64,000 nt of DNA from Octopus vulgaris (Eukaryota). Numbering within the stretch: the first letter of the stretch is position 1; each line of letters opens with the position of its first letter. The translations under genes and the position numbers were made by a program. Under the pieces are notes generated by a model. The model saw nothing but the letters and a program-made list of their open reading frames with translations, searched no databases and had not been told where the DNA came from. Shown piece by piece: positions 27,470 to 41,588 of the stretch. The stretch covers positions 64,666,001 to 64,730,000 of the forward strand of contig OX597833.1 in the NCBI GenBank assembly GCA_951406725.2, read 5' to 3'.

Positions 27470-27868
27470 TCTTTATATATAAAAGTAAGGTTGTGTGCTG
27501 TCTGTCTCCTACGATTTAGATTCCTAACTACTCCCACATTTTGCGGTGCAGTTTAACCAAAACCAGGTATCTTATAGTCGTGATTCATACCGAGCCCTTC
27601 TGGGCATTAGCGCGCGTCTACGATGAGTCTACGATTAAAAAAAAAAAATACCATAATCTTTTCCATTTTAATGCATTTTTTCGCTATCATATAAGGGAAG
27701 TAACTCTCTAAAAATGTCTACGATGAGTCAACGATTTTTAAAAGCATTTACCATCATTTTTTTCCATTTTTAATGCATTTTTTTGCTATTTCTTGGCTCT
27801 AACTCTCTAAAAATGCTTATATAGTTATTTCCCTTGCAAACCCGAGCAACGCCGGGCGATACTACTAG
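27470..27868 (+). mobile_element. Non-autonomous Helitron
   Basis: A|TC 5' end, subterminal hairpin CCCGAGCAACGCCGGG, CTAG|T 3' end, no TSD, internal ~100-bp tandem duplication. Confidence 0.85.
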
Positions 27869-27949
27869 TTTTTATTAAAGAAAAGTGCGACGATTTTAGA
27901 TGAATATAAAGAATATTGTTTCAAGCATCATTAAAACCGGACGTTATCA

Positions 27950-27984
<35 letters not shown>

Positions 27985-28003
27985 TAGTATTATTATTATT
28001 ATT

Positions 28004-28539
28004 GTGAGAACAGAGCATGCCATCAAAGTGACATTGAGGTAAAATATACGAAGCCCGGTATACCCATCATGACTACCCGTCTGATAAGGGTACACCAGGC
28101 ACATGCATCACAACCAAATAAAGCGACATGTTGATCTCATATCAAGATAAACAGCGCATGACTCTGCAGGTGGGGCACAGTTAGAATTTTCTTCTGGTCG
28201 AGTAGCCCATCCCGCTCCAAAGGCCCCAGAATAAGGGTTGTTTAGGGATTTTGAACGAACCACCCATGTTTCCAAATGTGAATTATCCAAATCTCCGAGA
28301 ATTCCTTTCAACACACGGCCATGATGCTCGTGATCAGAGATGCACATGTCATCAGCCACTAAGGGACATGCTCAACTGGATAAGGTCAAACAACTGACAA
28401 GAAAATATGTGGTATTGAACAGAATATTTGCTGTGAAACCCATCTTTTATACCAAGACAAAACAATATACATGATAACACTTCCAATCAGTTAAGATTAG
28501 AAGCCATGAAAGCCACTGCGTGGTACTGCATCAGGGAAT

Positions 28540-28541
<2 letters not shown>
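28004..28541 (-). mobile_element. Element D, longest copy
   Basis: Reverse complement of 9743-10197 with about 100 bp more 5' sequence; (TAT)n on both sides. Confidence 0.8.
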
Positions 28542-28598
<57 letters not shown>

Positions 28599-28639
28599 TA
28601 TTATATATTATTTATTATTATTATTATCATTATTATTAT

Positions 28640-28945
28640 CCTATGTTTGACTTTTGCTTTATATTTGTACAAGTTGGCTCCAAGTCTCACCCGGAGACCT
28701 CAAGAGACAACAGGTTGGAAGTTCACGTTGTTGTTATGCCTAGTGTGCCATATATTTGGTTGTTTTTTTCTGTTGTACTAGTGGATGTCAATAAAAAAAA
28801 AATGTTTGTTTTAAACCTTCAGATTACATAGAAAGTATTTTGCGTAGGATATGAGCAGTTCCCATGAGCACCATCTTTTGAACTTCTGCCATTTTGGGGT
28901 TTCCTGGTATCTGAGTTAGGTGGCAATCAGCCCCTTTTGCTATCC
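28640..28945 (-). mobile_element. R4/Dong-like non-LTR retrotransposon 3' end (second family)
   Basis: Minus ORF end IAKGADCHLTQIPGNPKMAEVQKMVLMGTAHILRKILSM*, then a 3' UTR; (TAT)n on both sides. Confidence 0.8.
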
Positions 28946-28963
28946 TTATTATTATCATTATTA

Positions 28964-29032
<69 letters not shown>

Positions 29033-29604
29033 CTTTTATTTTTATTATTATTATATCATTATTATTATTATTATTACTACACAAACATACATACATATAC
29101 TTACAATATACAGACAAGTAGGAACGTGTATTTAGTATAGAAAAATGATATGACGTCACTAATTTATTTACTGATTTATTACCATCAGCGTCTATGTTGT
29201 TTTTTTAATTCTTTTATGATTTTTACTCATTTTTGTCTATCCATATTTCGCAGATTAGAATCACGCAAAACGGAGATGATTAAAGAATTTGGTTAAAAGT
29301 TATAACTTTTATGCTCTGATCCTGTTAATGTATGTAATATCATGTGTGTGATACATCACGTATACGATATATAGCATTTGTGATATATGTATATATGCGT
29401 GTGTGTGTGTGTGTGTATGTGTGATATGATTTTAATATATGTAAGCTCCTCAGATTCATTCATTTATTAATATAGATGTCTATCTATTGATATATGCTAA
29501 AAACAAAAACAAATATATACACCATACATTCATTTAGAATTATACAACTAAATGTATATTAATATATGTGTATATTAATATTTGTATATATATATATACA
29601 TATA

Positions 29605-29755
<151 letters not shown>

Positions 29756-29878
29756 TATACATATGTATGCATATATATATGTAAATGAGTGTGATTGCGT
29801 AAGAATGTAGGTATAACTACCAGCCTATCTGTATCTCTCTTTCTTTTATTATATATATATATATATATGTGGGGTATA

Positions 29879-29978
<100 letters not shown>

Positions 29979-30062
29979 TTATACACATATATCTCAGTAC
30001 GTATATACATACATACATACGTATATACATATAAATAGACATAGTCAGATAGATAGATAGAT

Positions 30063-30095
<33 letters not shown>

Positions 30096-30618
30096 TACCA
30101 ACACGCAAGTTTCGATACATATGCATCTATATGCAGGTATATGCACACAAACACACACACACACACACACACACACATGCATTATACCTTCTAGCAATTT
30201 AAATCGTTGTTCTAAATTGCTTCTAATATTAATATTAATATTCATGATACTGAGTTGTCGCCATTGCTGGTATTGATGTTCTTTGTCTAGTTATCGTGTT
30301 GTTTCATTTCTGCCATTAATAAACTCTAACATATACAACCCACTTTTTTTCCTATTAAGTTCTTTTGATATATAATATATTTGCTAGTTGTGGACGTTCA
30401 TTTATCTACAATGATTGGATGTTCACAAAACGGTTTCTCTTCCGTGTCCGTTCTTCCAGATAAATATAAAAATAAAAGTGTGAATCGCCCCCTTATGAAA
30501 TTAGTGGTCAGCACGAATGTGTGTACGCCATAAGATATATATTTATATGTGTGAGTATGTATGTATGTTTGTATGTATGTAAACCCAAACACCCACACAC
30601 ATACACACTTACACACAC

Positions 30619-30673
<55 letters not shown>

Positions 30674-30840
30674 TATGTATTAATATATATATTGTATATG
30701 TATTATATATGTAATTTATATATATATTATATATATACACATATACATACATATATATATATATACATATACAGCTGTTTTAGCGATATATATATATATA
30801 TAAGTATATGGATATGATTAATTACATATGTACGCATATG

Positions 30841-30920
<80 letters not shown>

Positions 30921-31030
30921 TGCGTGTGTGTGCATATATGCGTATGTATTTATACGTATATATATATATATATATATATATATCCACATACACATTCTTA
31001 CATACATACATGCATACATACATACATACA

Positions 31031-31062
<32 letters not shown>

Positions 31063-31498
31063 CATACATACATGTATGTATGTATGTACAAGAGAGAAGA
31101 AGGGAGAGAAGGATACATCAAAAGGTAAATAGAAAAACATTGTGAAAGCACTTCATTAGTTCTTTAACCCCTCTTAAATAACCATTAATATGTTGTGCAA
31201 ATTTTCTGCTCCAAAGAACCATAACTCCGTTTGACAAATTATAAACAAACCTTCCTTTGTATTCTGGTTCAATTTGGTTTCTATTACCTCTTCCTTAAGG
31301 TAACATGAAACCTAGATTCTTCAATCGACAGAACTCAAATTTTTGTGGTTGTTGTTGTTGTTGTTAGTGATGGCGGTGGTGCTGGCTATTGTGGTGATTG
31401 TGTTTTGTTTTGTTTTGCTGAAATCGTCGTTGGACGAATCTATATTCTAGGGAATATATATTGCAGCCGTCACTATCTCGTGTATTTGAAACGCAAAC

Positions 31499-31633
31499 AT
31501 GGCTGTGTGACTAAGAAGCCGGCTTTGCTGCCAAGGGGTTTTTTCGGACTCATTTTCACTGCAGGGCAAACTGAGCAAGCATCTTCTACGATAGCCTCGG
31601 TCCAACAAATATCTTGTGGCCGAATTTGGTAGA
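31499..31633 (+). mobile_element. Old diverged SINE B head
   Basis: TGGCTGTGTG...TCTTCTACGATAGCCTCGG...ATTTGGTAGA. Confidence 0.6.
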
Positions 31634-31640
31634 GCCAGGG

Positions 31641-32069
31641 ACTCTTTACTCTCTTTTATTCTTTTACTTGTTTCAGTCATTTGACTGTCGCCATGCTGGA
31701 GCACCGCCTTCAATCGAGCAAATCGACCCCAGGCTTTATTCCTTGTAAGCCTAGTACTTATTCCATCGGTCTCTTTTGCCGAACCGCTAAGTGACGGGGA
31801 CGTTAACACCAGCGTTGGTTGTCAATCAAAGTTTGGTGGACAAACACAGAAACACAAACGTATACATACAAACACATACACATATATATATATATATATA
31901 TATATACGACGGGCTAGTTACTGTTTCTGTCTACCAAATTCACTCACAAGGCTTTGGTTGGCCCGAGGCAATATTAGAAGACACTTGTCCAAGTTGCCAC
32001 GCAGTGGAACTGAACCCGAAACCATGTGCTTGGTAAGCAAACTACTTACCACACAGCCACTCCTACGCC
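31641..32069 (-). mobile_element. SINE family B, full length
   Basis: Reverse complement of the family B sequence. Confidence 0.9.
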
Positions 32070-32112
32070 TGTGTGTGCAAAGCTGCCATATATACGTATA
32101 TATACATACATA

Positions 32113-32206
<94 letters not shown>

Positions 32207-32427
32207 ATATATGTGCCTCTACGCCCGCGCGCGCGCACACACACATACACATATACACAAATATATATAAATACTTATGCATATAACATCCAACGTTCGA
32301 TACGGGAAAAATTCACCACTTTCTTCTGCAGCAATGAACCACTTTACTCTATTGTTCTTGAAAGTTATTTCATCTACCGACCGCTTGAAGCTCACTAATT
32401 TCCTACACTTTGATCCTTGGATCTTTA

Positions 32428-32467
<40 letters not shown>

Positions 32468-32561
32468 CTCTGTTGTATCTGGAGAGTGTCATTCTCTTTT
32501 AGTGCCTTATAATTTAACACACAAACCAGTAAAATTTCTACTTATTTCTTTTGTTATTTTT

Positions 32562-32598
32562 CTAAAATTTTCGTTGCGTCTTGCAACTTTTTCAATAG
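32562..32598 (-). ncRNA. Minimal hammerhead-like motif, U3-A8 core variant, in a (TA)n-adjacent fragment (32465-32600)
   Basis: Minus strand: CTA-TTGAAAA-A-GTTGC(AAGAC)GCAAC-GAAA-ATTT-TAG. Confidence 0.55.
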
Positions 32599-32600
32599 TT

Positions 32601-32680
32601 TAGGATGTGAAATTTACAAAGAAACTTCTGCTTCTGCATAGCATATTTTAGGTTCTTTTAAGCATTTTAAAGTCCCTAAA
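32601..32680 (+). repeat. ~80-bp diverged direct repeat (second copy about 33895-33980)
   Basis: TAGGATGTGAAATT.ACAAAGAAA...TTCTGCATA.CA.ATTT shared by both copies. Confidence 0.75.
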
Positions 32681-32694
32681 TCCCAAAACGAAAT

Positions 32695-32745
<51 letters not shown>

Positions 32746-34954
32746 GCATAAAATATATACATATATACAAGCATAGATGCATACATACATATATACATAT
32801 TAGTCTATGCCTCCATCGCCTCGGTCACGAATGACCATGGGACTGCACCTAGAAATTTCCTCTCTGTTGCATTCTTTTATTTTTCTCTTTCGCGTTTTTA
32901 ATGCGAGTCATTGATGTTCACTTCTACTTATTTACTTGCGAAAATTCATTAAAAATACATAAGCATCCCTTCAGTTTGACCACAGAAAAGGGGTCGTCTC
33001 CCTTACTGCTCTACTTACTAAAATTATACCCGAATCTGAAATTACATCCTAGTTTGTTTTATGCTTTATTGTTTATATTTGCGACTATGAGTGAGGAAGA
33101 TAAGTTTGCAAAGATAACCGACGTACTCTGAAACTGAAGAATCTGAATTGAGGACATTTTATCCAGACTAAAATGTTGGCAGGGATCTTCTACCAGAGAT
33201 ATTGTAACTAGGAAAACATTTAAGGAATGGATTATGGTGTTATACTGGACGATACATTAGAGCTGTCTTCTATGACCTTTAACAGACTGCTTGATGACCT
33301 CCTGTAATATTTCTATCAACCAAATTTCTCTACAACTTTCTCATATTTGATCTCTCACTATCTTAAGAATAATAAGAGGCGGCACCAATGAAGGAAACTA
33401 TTTTATTATTCAAGTTGTCGGGTCAGGCTTCCAGACCAAGAACATCATTTAATCATTAACCAGCCAGTCTTACAAACCCTCAAAGATAGTCTGGTTTTTG
33501 CTATTCCAATTCTTAATTAATCCTTTAGCATTTTCAAAGACATTAGCCGAGCGGATATTAAGGAAGAATTCATTTCACCAAAGGGCTTCGCGGTGGAATT
33601 GAACTACAATCTCCCCACTAAAAAGGCAAGACTGATTCGATAGCGTATTTGTAGATGAAACGTATTTAAATAAACGAAGAATCACCCGTCATTAACATTT
33701 TGATCAAAGCCTGTTCAATCAGGCCCGACCTGTGGTTATATAACAACAACGAGTCTGGCTTCAAGGTTGATCTTTTTTAATAACACATAACCTGCTATTT
33801 ATGTGTGAGCAGTTGGCGACACAGCTAATATATATCTTTGCTAATATTAAGTCTCGAATTTTGAAATGATTTCATCAAGTGTGAAAGTGCCATTTAGGAT
33901 GTGAAATTCACAAAGAAATTACAGCTTTCTGCATAACACATTTCAGTTAAGTTCTGTTAAACATTTTAACGTCTCCAAAATATCCCGCGAGTCTGGGTGT
34001 TACATGTGAGCGTCTATGTTCGAATTTATGAGCTTGTATGAGCGTACATGTATATGTGTCCCTGCATGTATGCGTGTCTATGTGCATGTTCCTTGGCGAA
34101 TATCTCCGTATGTCTATGTATGCGTATCTCTTATCTGTACATGCTTATCTGCGTGCGTATATGTAAGCAGCATGTATATCTATGTGCGTGCGTCCGTCTG
34201 TGTGCGTTTGTGTGCGTTTGTGTGCGTTTGTATGTTTATAAACTGCGTTTGTTCAGATGTGGATATCAATAGAGAAATAAGACGAGATCAATTTCTATTT
34301 TGCCGCCATTTTGTCCAATAGAAATTCTATTCCACATATTCTCTCTCTCTTCCACCCTCCACTTTACATGCCGATGGCTGAATATATCGTAATCAAGTTT
34401 TACGTCGTCGGTTTAGGGTTAAATTTAATATCTACTATTGACATATAAGAACTTCTGCATTTTCCTCGTGTTAAAATTCAATAGAGAGAAGAATATTAAA
34501 CAAGTTTGAAGAAGAAAATGGAGTAGTTAAAGATGAAACAGTTTGAACTTAATTTAATCAAAGTAATAAATTACATGATTGGAAATGAATACATGCATCT
34601 TATTAAAAGATGAACACACTTCGCCAGCATTATCTATCTACCCGCTGCAAATGTACAGTCGAGAAACATTTCAGCTTGCCGGTGTGTGTGTTAAGATTTC
34701 TACCCCGATCAATAACGATTCGGTGATTGCATATAAATCCTCAGTCAATACCGAAATCAAAAACGATTTAACTGTCAGCTCCAATCAAATAAATTTCTCT
34801 CCATTTATTAAGAAACTTTTAGAAATATGATACCCGCTTGCGTTTCAAATTTTCTACCGTTTCTTAAATATCTGAGACACATATATACATACAAACGCAC
34901 ATACATACACGCACACACCTCGACACATACATATTTATATACATACACACACAC

Positions 34955-34994
<40 letters not shown>

Positions 34995-35004
34995 GCATAA
35001 ACAC

Positions 35005-35074
<70 letters not shown>

Positions 35075-35174
35075 ACATATATATAAATATGCATAAACAC
35101 ATATGTATATATATATATACATATATATATTTATATATAAATATATATACATATATACATATATATATATAAAT

Positions 35175-35217
<43 letters not shown>

Positions 35218-35241
35218 CACACACACACATATATATATACA

Positions 35242-35309
<68 letters not shown>

Positions 35310-35692
35310 TGTATGTGTATGTTTGTGTACTAGGGTGTGTATGTGTGTGTATGTATATTTAGCAGTTTACTTTCGTATACAAAATCTGACAATAAAGACG
35401 AGAATGCGAATACGATTTCGATTAGGAATACTCCGAGGAATAAACGACTGCGATAGCAATGGGAAGATGATATTTTTCGCTTATAGGAATAAATAGTAAT
35501 TCAAATCCAATGACAAGTTTAATGATATATTGGTGTAAATGACGCTAAAATGTAATTGGAAATGTGTAATGTGAGGTGGTTTATACGATATTACATGGCG
35601 CAACAAAGAAAAAAATATATGATGAGACAGAGACGAGATTTTTCCGGATATATACATACAAAATCTATTGAATATATCTATTCACACACAAC

Positions 35693-35724
<32 letters not shown>

Positions 35725-35886
35725 AACATATATGTGGATGTGCTGGTGTGTATGTGTGTGTGTGTAAGCATATGTTTGTGGGACACACACAAAGCACAGA
35801 CCTTTGCAAACTCTTACACACAGGCGTTGGTTGTCTTTTCTTTTATGCTATTTAATCTTATATTAAAATGTCTTTTATTACACGTC

Positions 35887-35953
<67 letters not shown>

Positions 35954-36013
35954 TATATGTATGTATATATGTGTATGTATATATAAATATAATATATAAT
36001 ATATATATATATA

Positions 36014-36083
<70 letters not shown>

Positions 36084-36241
36084 GTGTGTGAGTGTATGCG
36101 TGCGTGTCTATGTGCTTTTACCTGTATCCATCTATATACCTGCCCTACACACACACAGACACTCGCACACTCACAGACATATATATATATACATGTATGT
36201 GTGTATGTATGTGTGTATGTATGTATGTATGTATGTATGTA

Positions 36242-36309
<68 letters not shown>

Positions 36310-36737
36310 ATTTACGGTTCTTAATCAAGAATGTTGTTGACCATTCCAACGGCAAAACTCGTCTTCGGATTGCGATGCATTAGAATTAGTCTTGCGTTTG
36401 TATAATCTCTGTTCAGTTAGAACCATCTTTGGTTGTGTGGATTTTGTTTACAAAGCTCTGAATGCATGAATAGCTTTTAAAGAATAACATAACTGCAAAT
36501 TTAATAAACTAAAACTTTTCCGAAACACCTTTCCATAACAACCAACCATGAAAACTTAATTAAGAGTCCACTGAAAATCAGATACCCAAGGCTGGCCGAA
36601 ACTTCGAGGTCACTTAAAACAGCAGTCTGGAATCAGCAAGATAAATTTGTACTCTGCGAAAGTATAGTGTAAGTGAACATATAATCAAACGTTTATACAT
36701 ATACATACATAAATATATGTATGTATATATGTATGTA

Positions 36738-36957
36738 CAGTAATCCCTCGACTATCGCGGTTGTTACGTTCTAAACCTAACCAGGACATGATGAAATCCG
36801 AGAGGTAGAAACAGCACTGTACTGTAAATTTATTTTTATTGTTTTTTAACGAGTAAATATATATATTTTTAATTATAAATGCAAAACAACAGCACGGAAG
36901 AATCGACGTAAATAATACACCGCGATAGGTGAACTGTGATATGGCGTAGGATTACTG
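36738..36957. mobile_element. Tigger/pogo-type MITE
   Basis: TA + CAGTAATCCCTCGACTATCGCGGTT ... AACTGTGATATGGCGTAGGATTACTG imperfect TIRs; 220 bp. Confidence 0.75.
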
Positions 36958-36964
36958 TGTGTAT

Positions 36965-36999
<35 letters not shown>

Positions 37000-37086
37000 G
37001 TGAGAATTTACAAAAACAATGAAGGCGAAACGGGTGTGTAAACAACAAACAGATATATTAGTTTAACGCTCGGAAAGTGAGAAGGT

Positions 37087-37122
37087 CTTTTACGTTTCGA
37101 GCCTACGCTCTTCGACAGAAAG
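37087..37122 (-). ncRNA. Minimal hammerhead-like motif (core CUGUCGA) in Penelope-like fragment 36999-37148
   Basis: Minus strand: CTTT-CTGTCGA-A-GAGC(GTAG)GCTC-GAAA-CG-TA-AAAG; stems I and II perfect, ACGT stem III palindrome, GUA triplet. Confidence 0.7.
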
Positions 37123-37185
37123 GAGCACAGAAATAAACAGAGAGAGGATGTATGTATGTATGTATGTATGTATGTATATATATAC

Positions 37186-37226
<41 letters not shown>

Positions 37227-37280
37227 TGTACGGTTCAAGAAAGACCCTTGAGCTTGGAATTTTCTCAGATATATATATAC

Positions 37281-37346
<66 letters not shown>

Positions 37347-37570
37347 TATAATTAAGGGCTAAAGAAGGTTATTCTATAGCCAATACAATTTTCCAGTAAC
37401 AAGTGGATTATAAGTGGATAAATCAGTGTATTGGCTATAAAATAACCTTCTTTAGCCCTTAATTATATGATGTATATACTTCAACTGTAATGGTTTTTTT
37501 AATATACTGCCACGCTTTTTGATGGAATCCTTTTCTGTAGAGAAAGGGACTTCATCCTATATTGTTAGTA

Positions 37571-37572
<2 letters not shown>
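37347..37572. mobile_element. Fold-back element in (TA)n
   Basis: 41-bp arms 37347-37387 / 37427-37467 with 1 mismatch, starting TATAATTAAGGG. Confidence 0.7.
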
Positions 37573-37617
<45 letters not shown>

Positions 37618-38102
37618 CATGTAAGAATTTAGGTAGGTGAATTGAATTTATAATTGTTCAATTTCTTGTTTTTTTAATTTATTATATATAATATGCACAT
37701 ATATATGTGTGTGTAGAGAGAGAGAAAGAGAGAGAGGGAGAGAATGAGAGATATATACATGTATACATGTATACATACATGCATACATTCATATATATGT
37801 GTATGTATATGTGTGGTACGTATGTTGTGGTATACGTAGATATGATTGTCTCAATCAAGCACATTTTTGATGTGTCATTTCCTAAGACAGTTCCATATAA
37901 TTTGTGTTTGGTTGCTATTTCTATCATCTCGAATGAACGACGTAATTCGTTTTGATATATCTTTGATGTTAATATTGCAAGCAAATAGTTTAAATGTTTG
38001 CATCAATCATAATGTCAATGCAAACTCTTCCTCCTATATTCTTGTTAATAGGATCTCAATATTTATATCGTTTTTGGTTCTGCATTACGTATATATATAT
38101 AT

Positions 38103-38242
38103 GCCGGAGTAAGCACATAAATGTGAAACAAGGTGGAAAAAAGAGTACTCAAATACCAGAGGTAGGGTAATATGCTTTATTTAAAAGCAGCAGAAATATA
38201 ACAAAAACTGTTACTCGGAGTTTCACGTCGGACAGTTTTGTT
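38103..38242 (-). mobile_element. Penelope-like fragment with hammerhead remnant lacking stem II
   Basis: Minus strand: AAAACTGT-CCGACGT-GAAA-CTCCGAG-TA-ACAGTTTT, with AATAAA downstream. Confidence 0.45.
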
Positions 38243-38739
38243 AAAATAGAACCAAAATATCAATTTGATCAAAACTAGCTAAAAGCTATATATATATATA
38301 TATGAGTGTGTGTGTGTGTGTTTGTGTACATCATTTGATGCACAGAGTATAAAAATACTAGATTCTAATAGTTTCTTCCTATGGAGACACGTATCCTGAT
38401 AGGTTTTTACAACATGTGTTGTCTCTAAGCAATACTCAGAATCTGAGCACGTGGTTTCTCTTTTCCCCTTTTCAGCAAGATAATTATAGAACACAGAGGG
38501 TGGGGGAAAGGATTGACGTTTATATCGACACCAGTATCTGACTGGTATTGCATGATATCGATGCATGGAAAGACGAAAGGTAATTCAAAATTTTAAAATA
38601 TAGCATCGAGGTGATAGTTTGTCCGCAAATCTAACGACCACCGGTTCCAGGTTATACCAAAATTTAATCACGCAATGGTGAAAAGGAACAGAAAGTGGTG
38701 ACACCTTCAACAGTATTGCTGTTGGTGGCGCTGTTATTG

Positions 38740-39520
38740 TTGTTGTTGTTATTTTTGTTGATGATGATGATGTCCATGATGATGATGAATGATGATTTCG
38801 ATGATGATGATGATGTGAATGATGATGATGAGGATGATGATGATGATGTTGATGATGATTGATGATGATTGATGATGATGACGATTGATGTTGATGATGA
38901 TTGATGATGATGTCGATGATGATGATGATGAGGAGGAGGAGGAGGATGAATGATGAAGATGATGATGTTGTCGATGTCGATGATGATGATGATGATGATG
39001 ATGATGTATGATGATGATGATGATGCCGCCGCCTCCGACTACTACGACGATGATGTTGATAAGGAGGAAGATTCTGCCGACGACTAGGTCGATGATGATG
39101 AAGATGGAGATGATGATGAAGGGGATTAGGACAAAAAGGCGAAGGATCGCGCTGATGATGACGGCGAAAATGATGTTCATGATGACGATATCGTCAACAA
39201 AGATTGTGATGATTATGTGATGATGGTCATGATGATGATGATGACAATGATGGTGATGATAAAAGGGAGGATGAGGAGCAGGGGGAGTAGCAGAATGGCG
39301 CTGATGAGGATCACGTCGATGATGATGTTTATAATGTCGATGCACAATACAAAGGTAATGATGATGATAATGATTATAATGATGATGATGACGATAATGA
39401 TGGTAATGATGATATTGATGATGACTGCAGTGGTGGTGTTGAAGCTGATGAAGCTGACAAACATGATGATGATGATGACGATGATGATGATGATGATGAT
39501 GATGATGACAATAATGATTG
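38740..39520. repeat. Degenerate (GAT)n tract
   Basis: Directly visible; source of poly-His/Met/Ser ORFs. Confidence 0.9.
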
Positions 39521-40079
39521 CATGGGTAGGTGCATATAATGGCCTTCTCCGTGTCGTAGGTTACCTAATCTCCCTGACACTCATGAAACCCAGAGGCTTC
39601 AATCATGAACATGGATTTTTAGATTTTATTTCTTAATATTTTTCCCCCCTGAAGCCTGATCCTCAGGACACATTATCCAATGAATCTTGGAGTGATTTTT
39701 ATGAGAGATTCACCTGCTATTTCGACCGTACAATGATCGTGAGCGCTGCTAGGTTTTGATTCCACTTCGCCTATCTTCTCCGATATGTATAAAGAGAAAC
39801 TACAAGCTAACCTCTTAGATTTCAGTTTTCCACGAGTTTATCGATCAAATCCTTTGTAATCCTATTCTTTTCGCACCTTCATTGCGAAACATTAAGGATG
39901 ACCAGGAAAAAGGCGTAGAAAGGGGGAAGGCTTTGAAACCATTATCACAACGGCCTTCACCCTTTTCTTTTTTGTGGCTATATAGACACATACACACAGA
40001 CATGCACAAAGATATAGGTACGATAAACACATATATATAAATGTGTGTGTAATCGTACATATTCATATGTCTATATCAA

Positions 40080-40383
40080 TGCAAGTGTTTTATCGTGCAT
40101 AAACACACATACATGTATATATATATGTATATATATACACAAACACAAACACACACACATATATATACTATATATGTATATACATACGCACATACACATA
40201 TATGTGTGTGTGTTTGTGTGTGTATGTGCATGTGTGTGTATACAGTTGTGCATATATATATATATACATATATACACAAACACAAAAACACACACGTGTA
40301 TATATACTATTTATGTATATACATACACTCATACACATATGTGTGTGTGTGTTTGTGTGTTTGTGTATGTGTGTGTATACAGT

Positions 40384-40427
<44 letters not shown>

Positions 40428-40498
40428 TCTACATACACAAAAACACACACGTGTGTTTGTGTGTTTGTGTATGTGCATGTGTGTGTATACAGTTGTGA

Positions 40499-40531
<33 letters not shown>

Positions 40532-40770
40532 CACAAAAACACACACGTATATATATACTATATATGTATATACATTCACACATACACATGTGTATTTGTG
40601 TGTTTGTGTATGTGCATGTGTGTGTATACAGTTGTGCATATATATATATATATACATATATCTACATACACAAAAACACACACGTGTATGTATACTATAT
40701 ACGTATATACATCCACACATCCACATATGTGTGTTTTTATGTTTGTGTGTGCGTGTGTATACAGGTGTGC

Positions 40771-40810
<40 letters not shown>
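40080..40810. repeat. Microsatellite-derived minisatellite, 110-139 bp period
   Basis: Anchor TACAG(T/G)TGTG at 40241, 40378, 40488, 40627 and 40760. Confidence 0.8.
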
Positions 40811-40812
<2 letters not shown>

Positions 40813-41308
40813 TAACAGTTATTCTTCTCCAACCTCAAATACTACTACTACTACTACTACTGCAACCAATGCTGCTGCTGCTAATACTACTACTCCTATT
40901 ATTACTACTACTAGTACTACTACAACAACTAGCACTACCACTACCATTCCTATTATTATCTCTTCTCCATTCACCAGATAACATTACAGCTTCCACCCGG
41001 CTCTGGCAGTAATCTACATGGAATACGGCTTTCAATATTTCAATAGGGCTGCATCACGTTTATCGCATGTGATGTATAAAGAATGGCCGCATGCCGTTGT
41101 AGTAAATGAATGTAACCTCTTCATCCCGGGTTTCTCTTAACGGTTCTTTGCTATCTCTGCAGGGGCCAATCGCTAGCTGAAGTTTCACTTTTTGACAGAA
41201 TACAATCGTAGACGTACTAACACAGGAAATACGTATACAAATACACGTAAGGGTACAAGTGTACATATACCTACAAACACAATCCAACACTCGTAAACAT
41301 CATTGAAG

Positions 41309-41363
<55 letters not shown>

Positions 41364-41417
41364 GTGTGTGTGTCTGTGTGTGTGTGTATACTTACCTACA
41401 TACACACACACACATGC

Positions 41418-41470
<53 letters not shown>

Positions 41471-41541
41471 ATAATTATGCATATATACATGATATATGTA
41501 TATATAGACATATACATATATATATATGTATATATTTATGC

Positions 41542-41588
<47 letters not shown>

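Noticed and set aside
40960-41220. Complex non-repeat segment with short minus ORFs
   Set aside because: In-frame stops and no recognisable domain or splice pattern.
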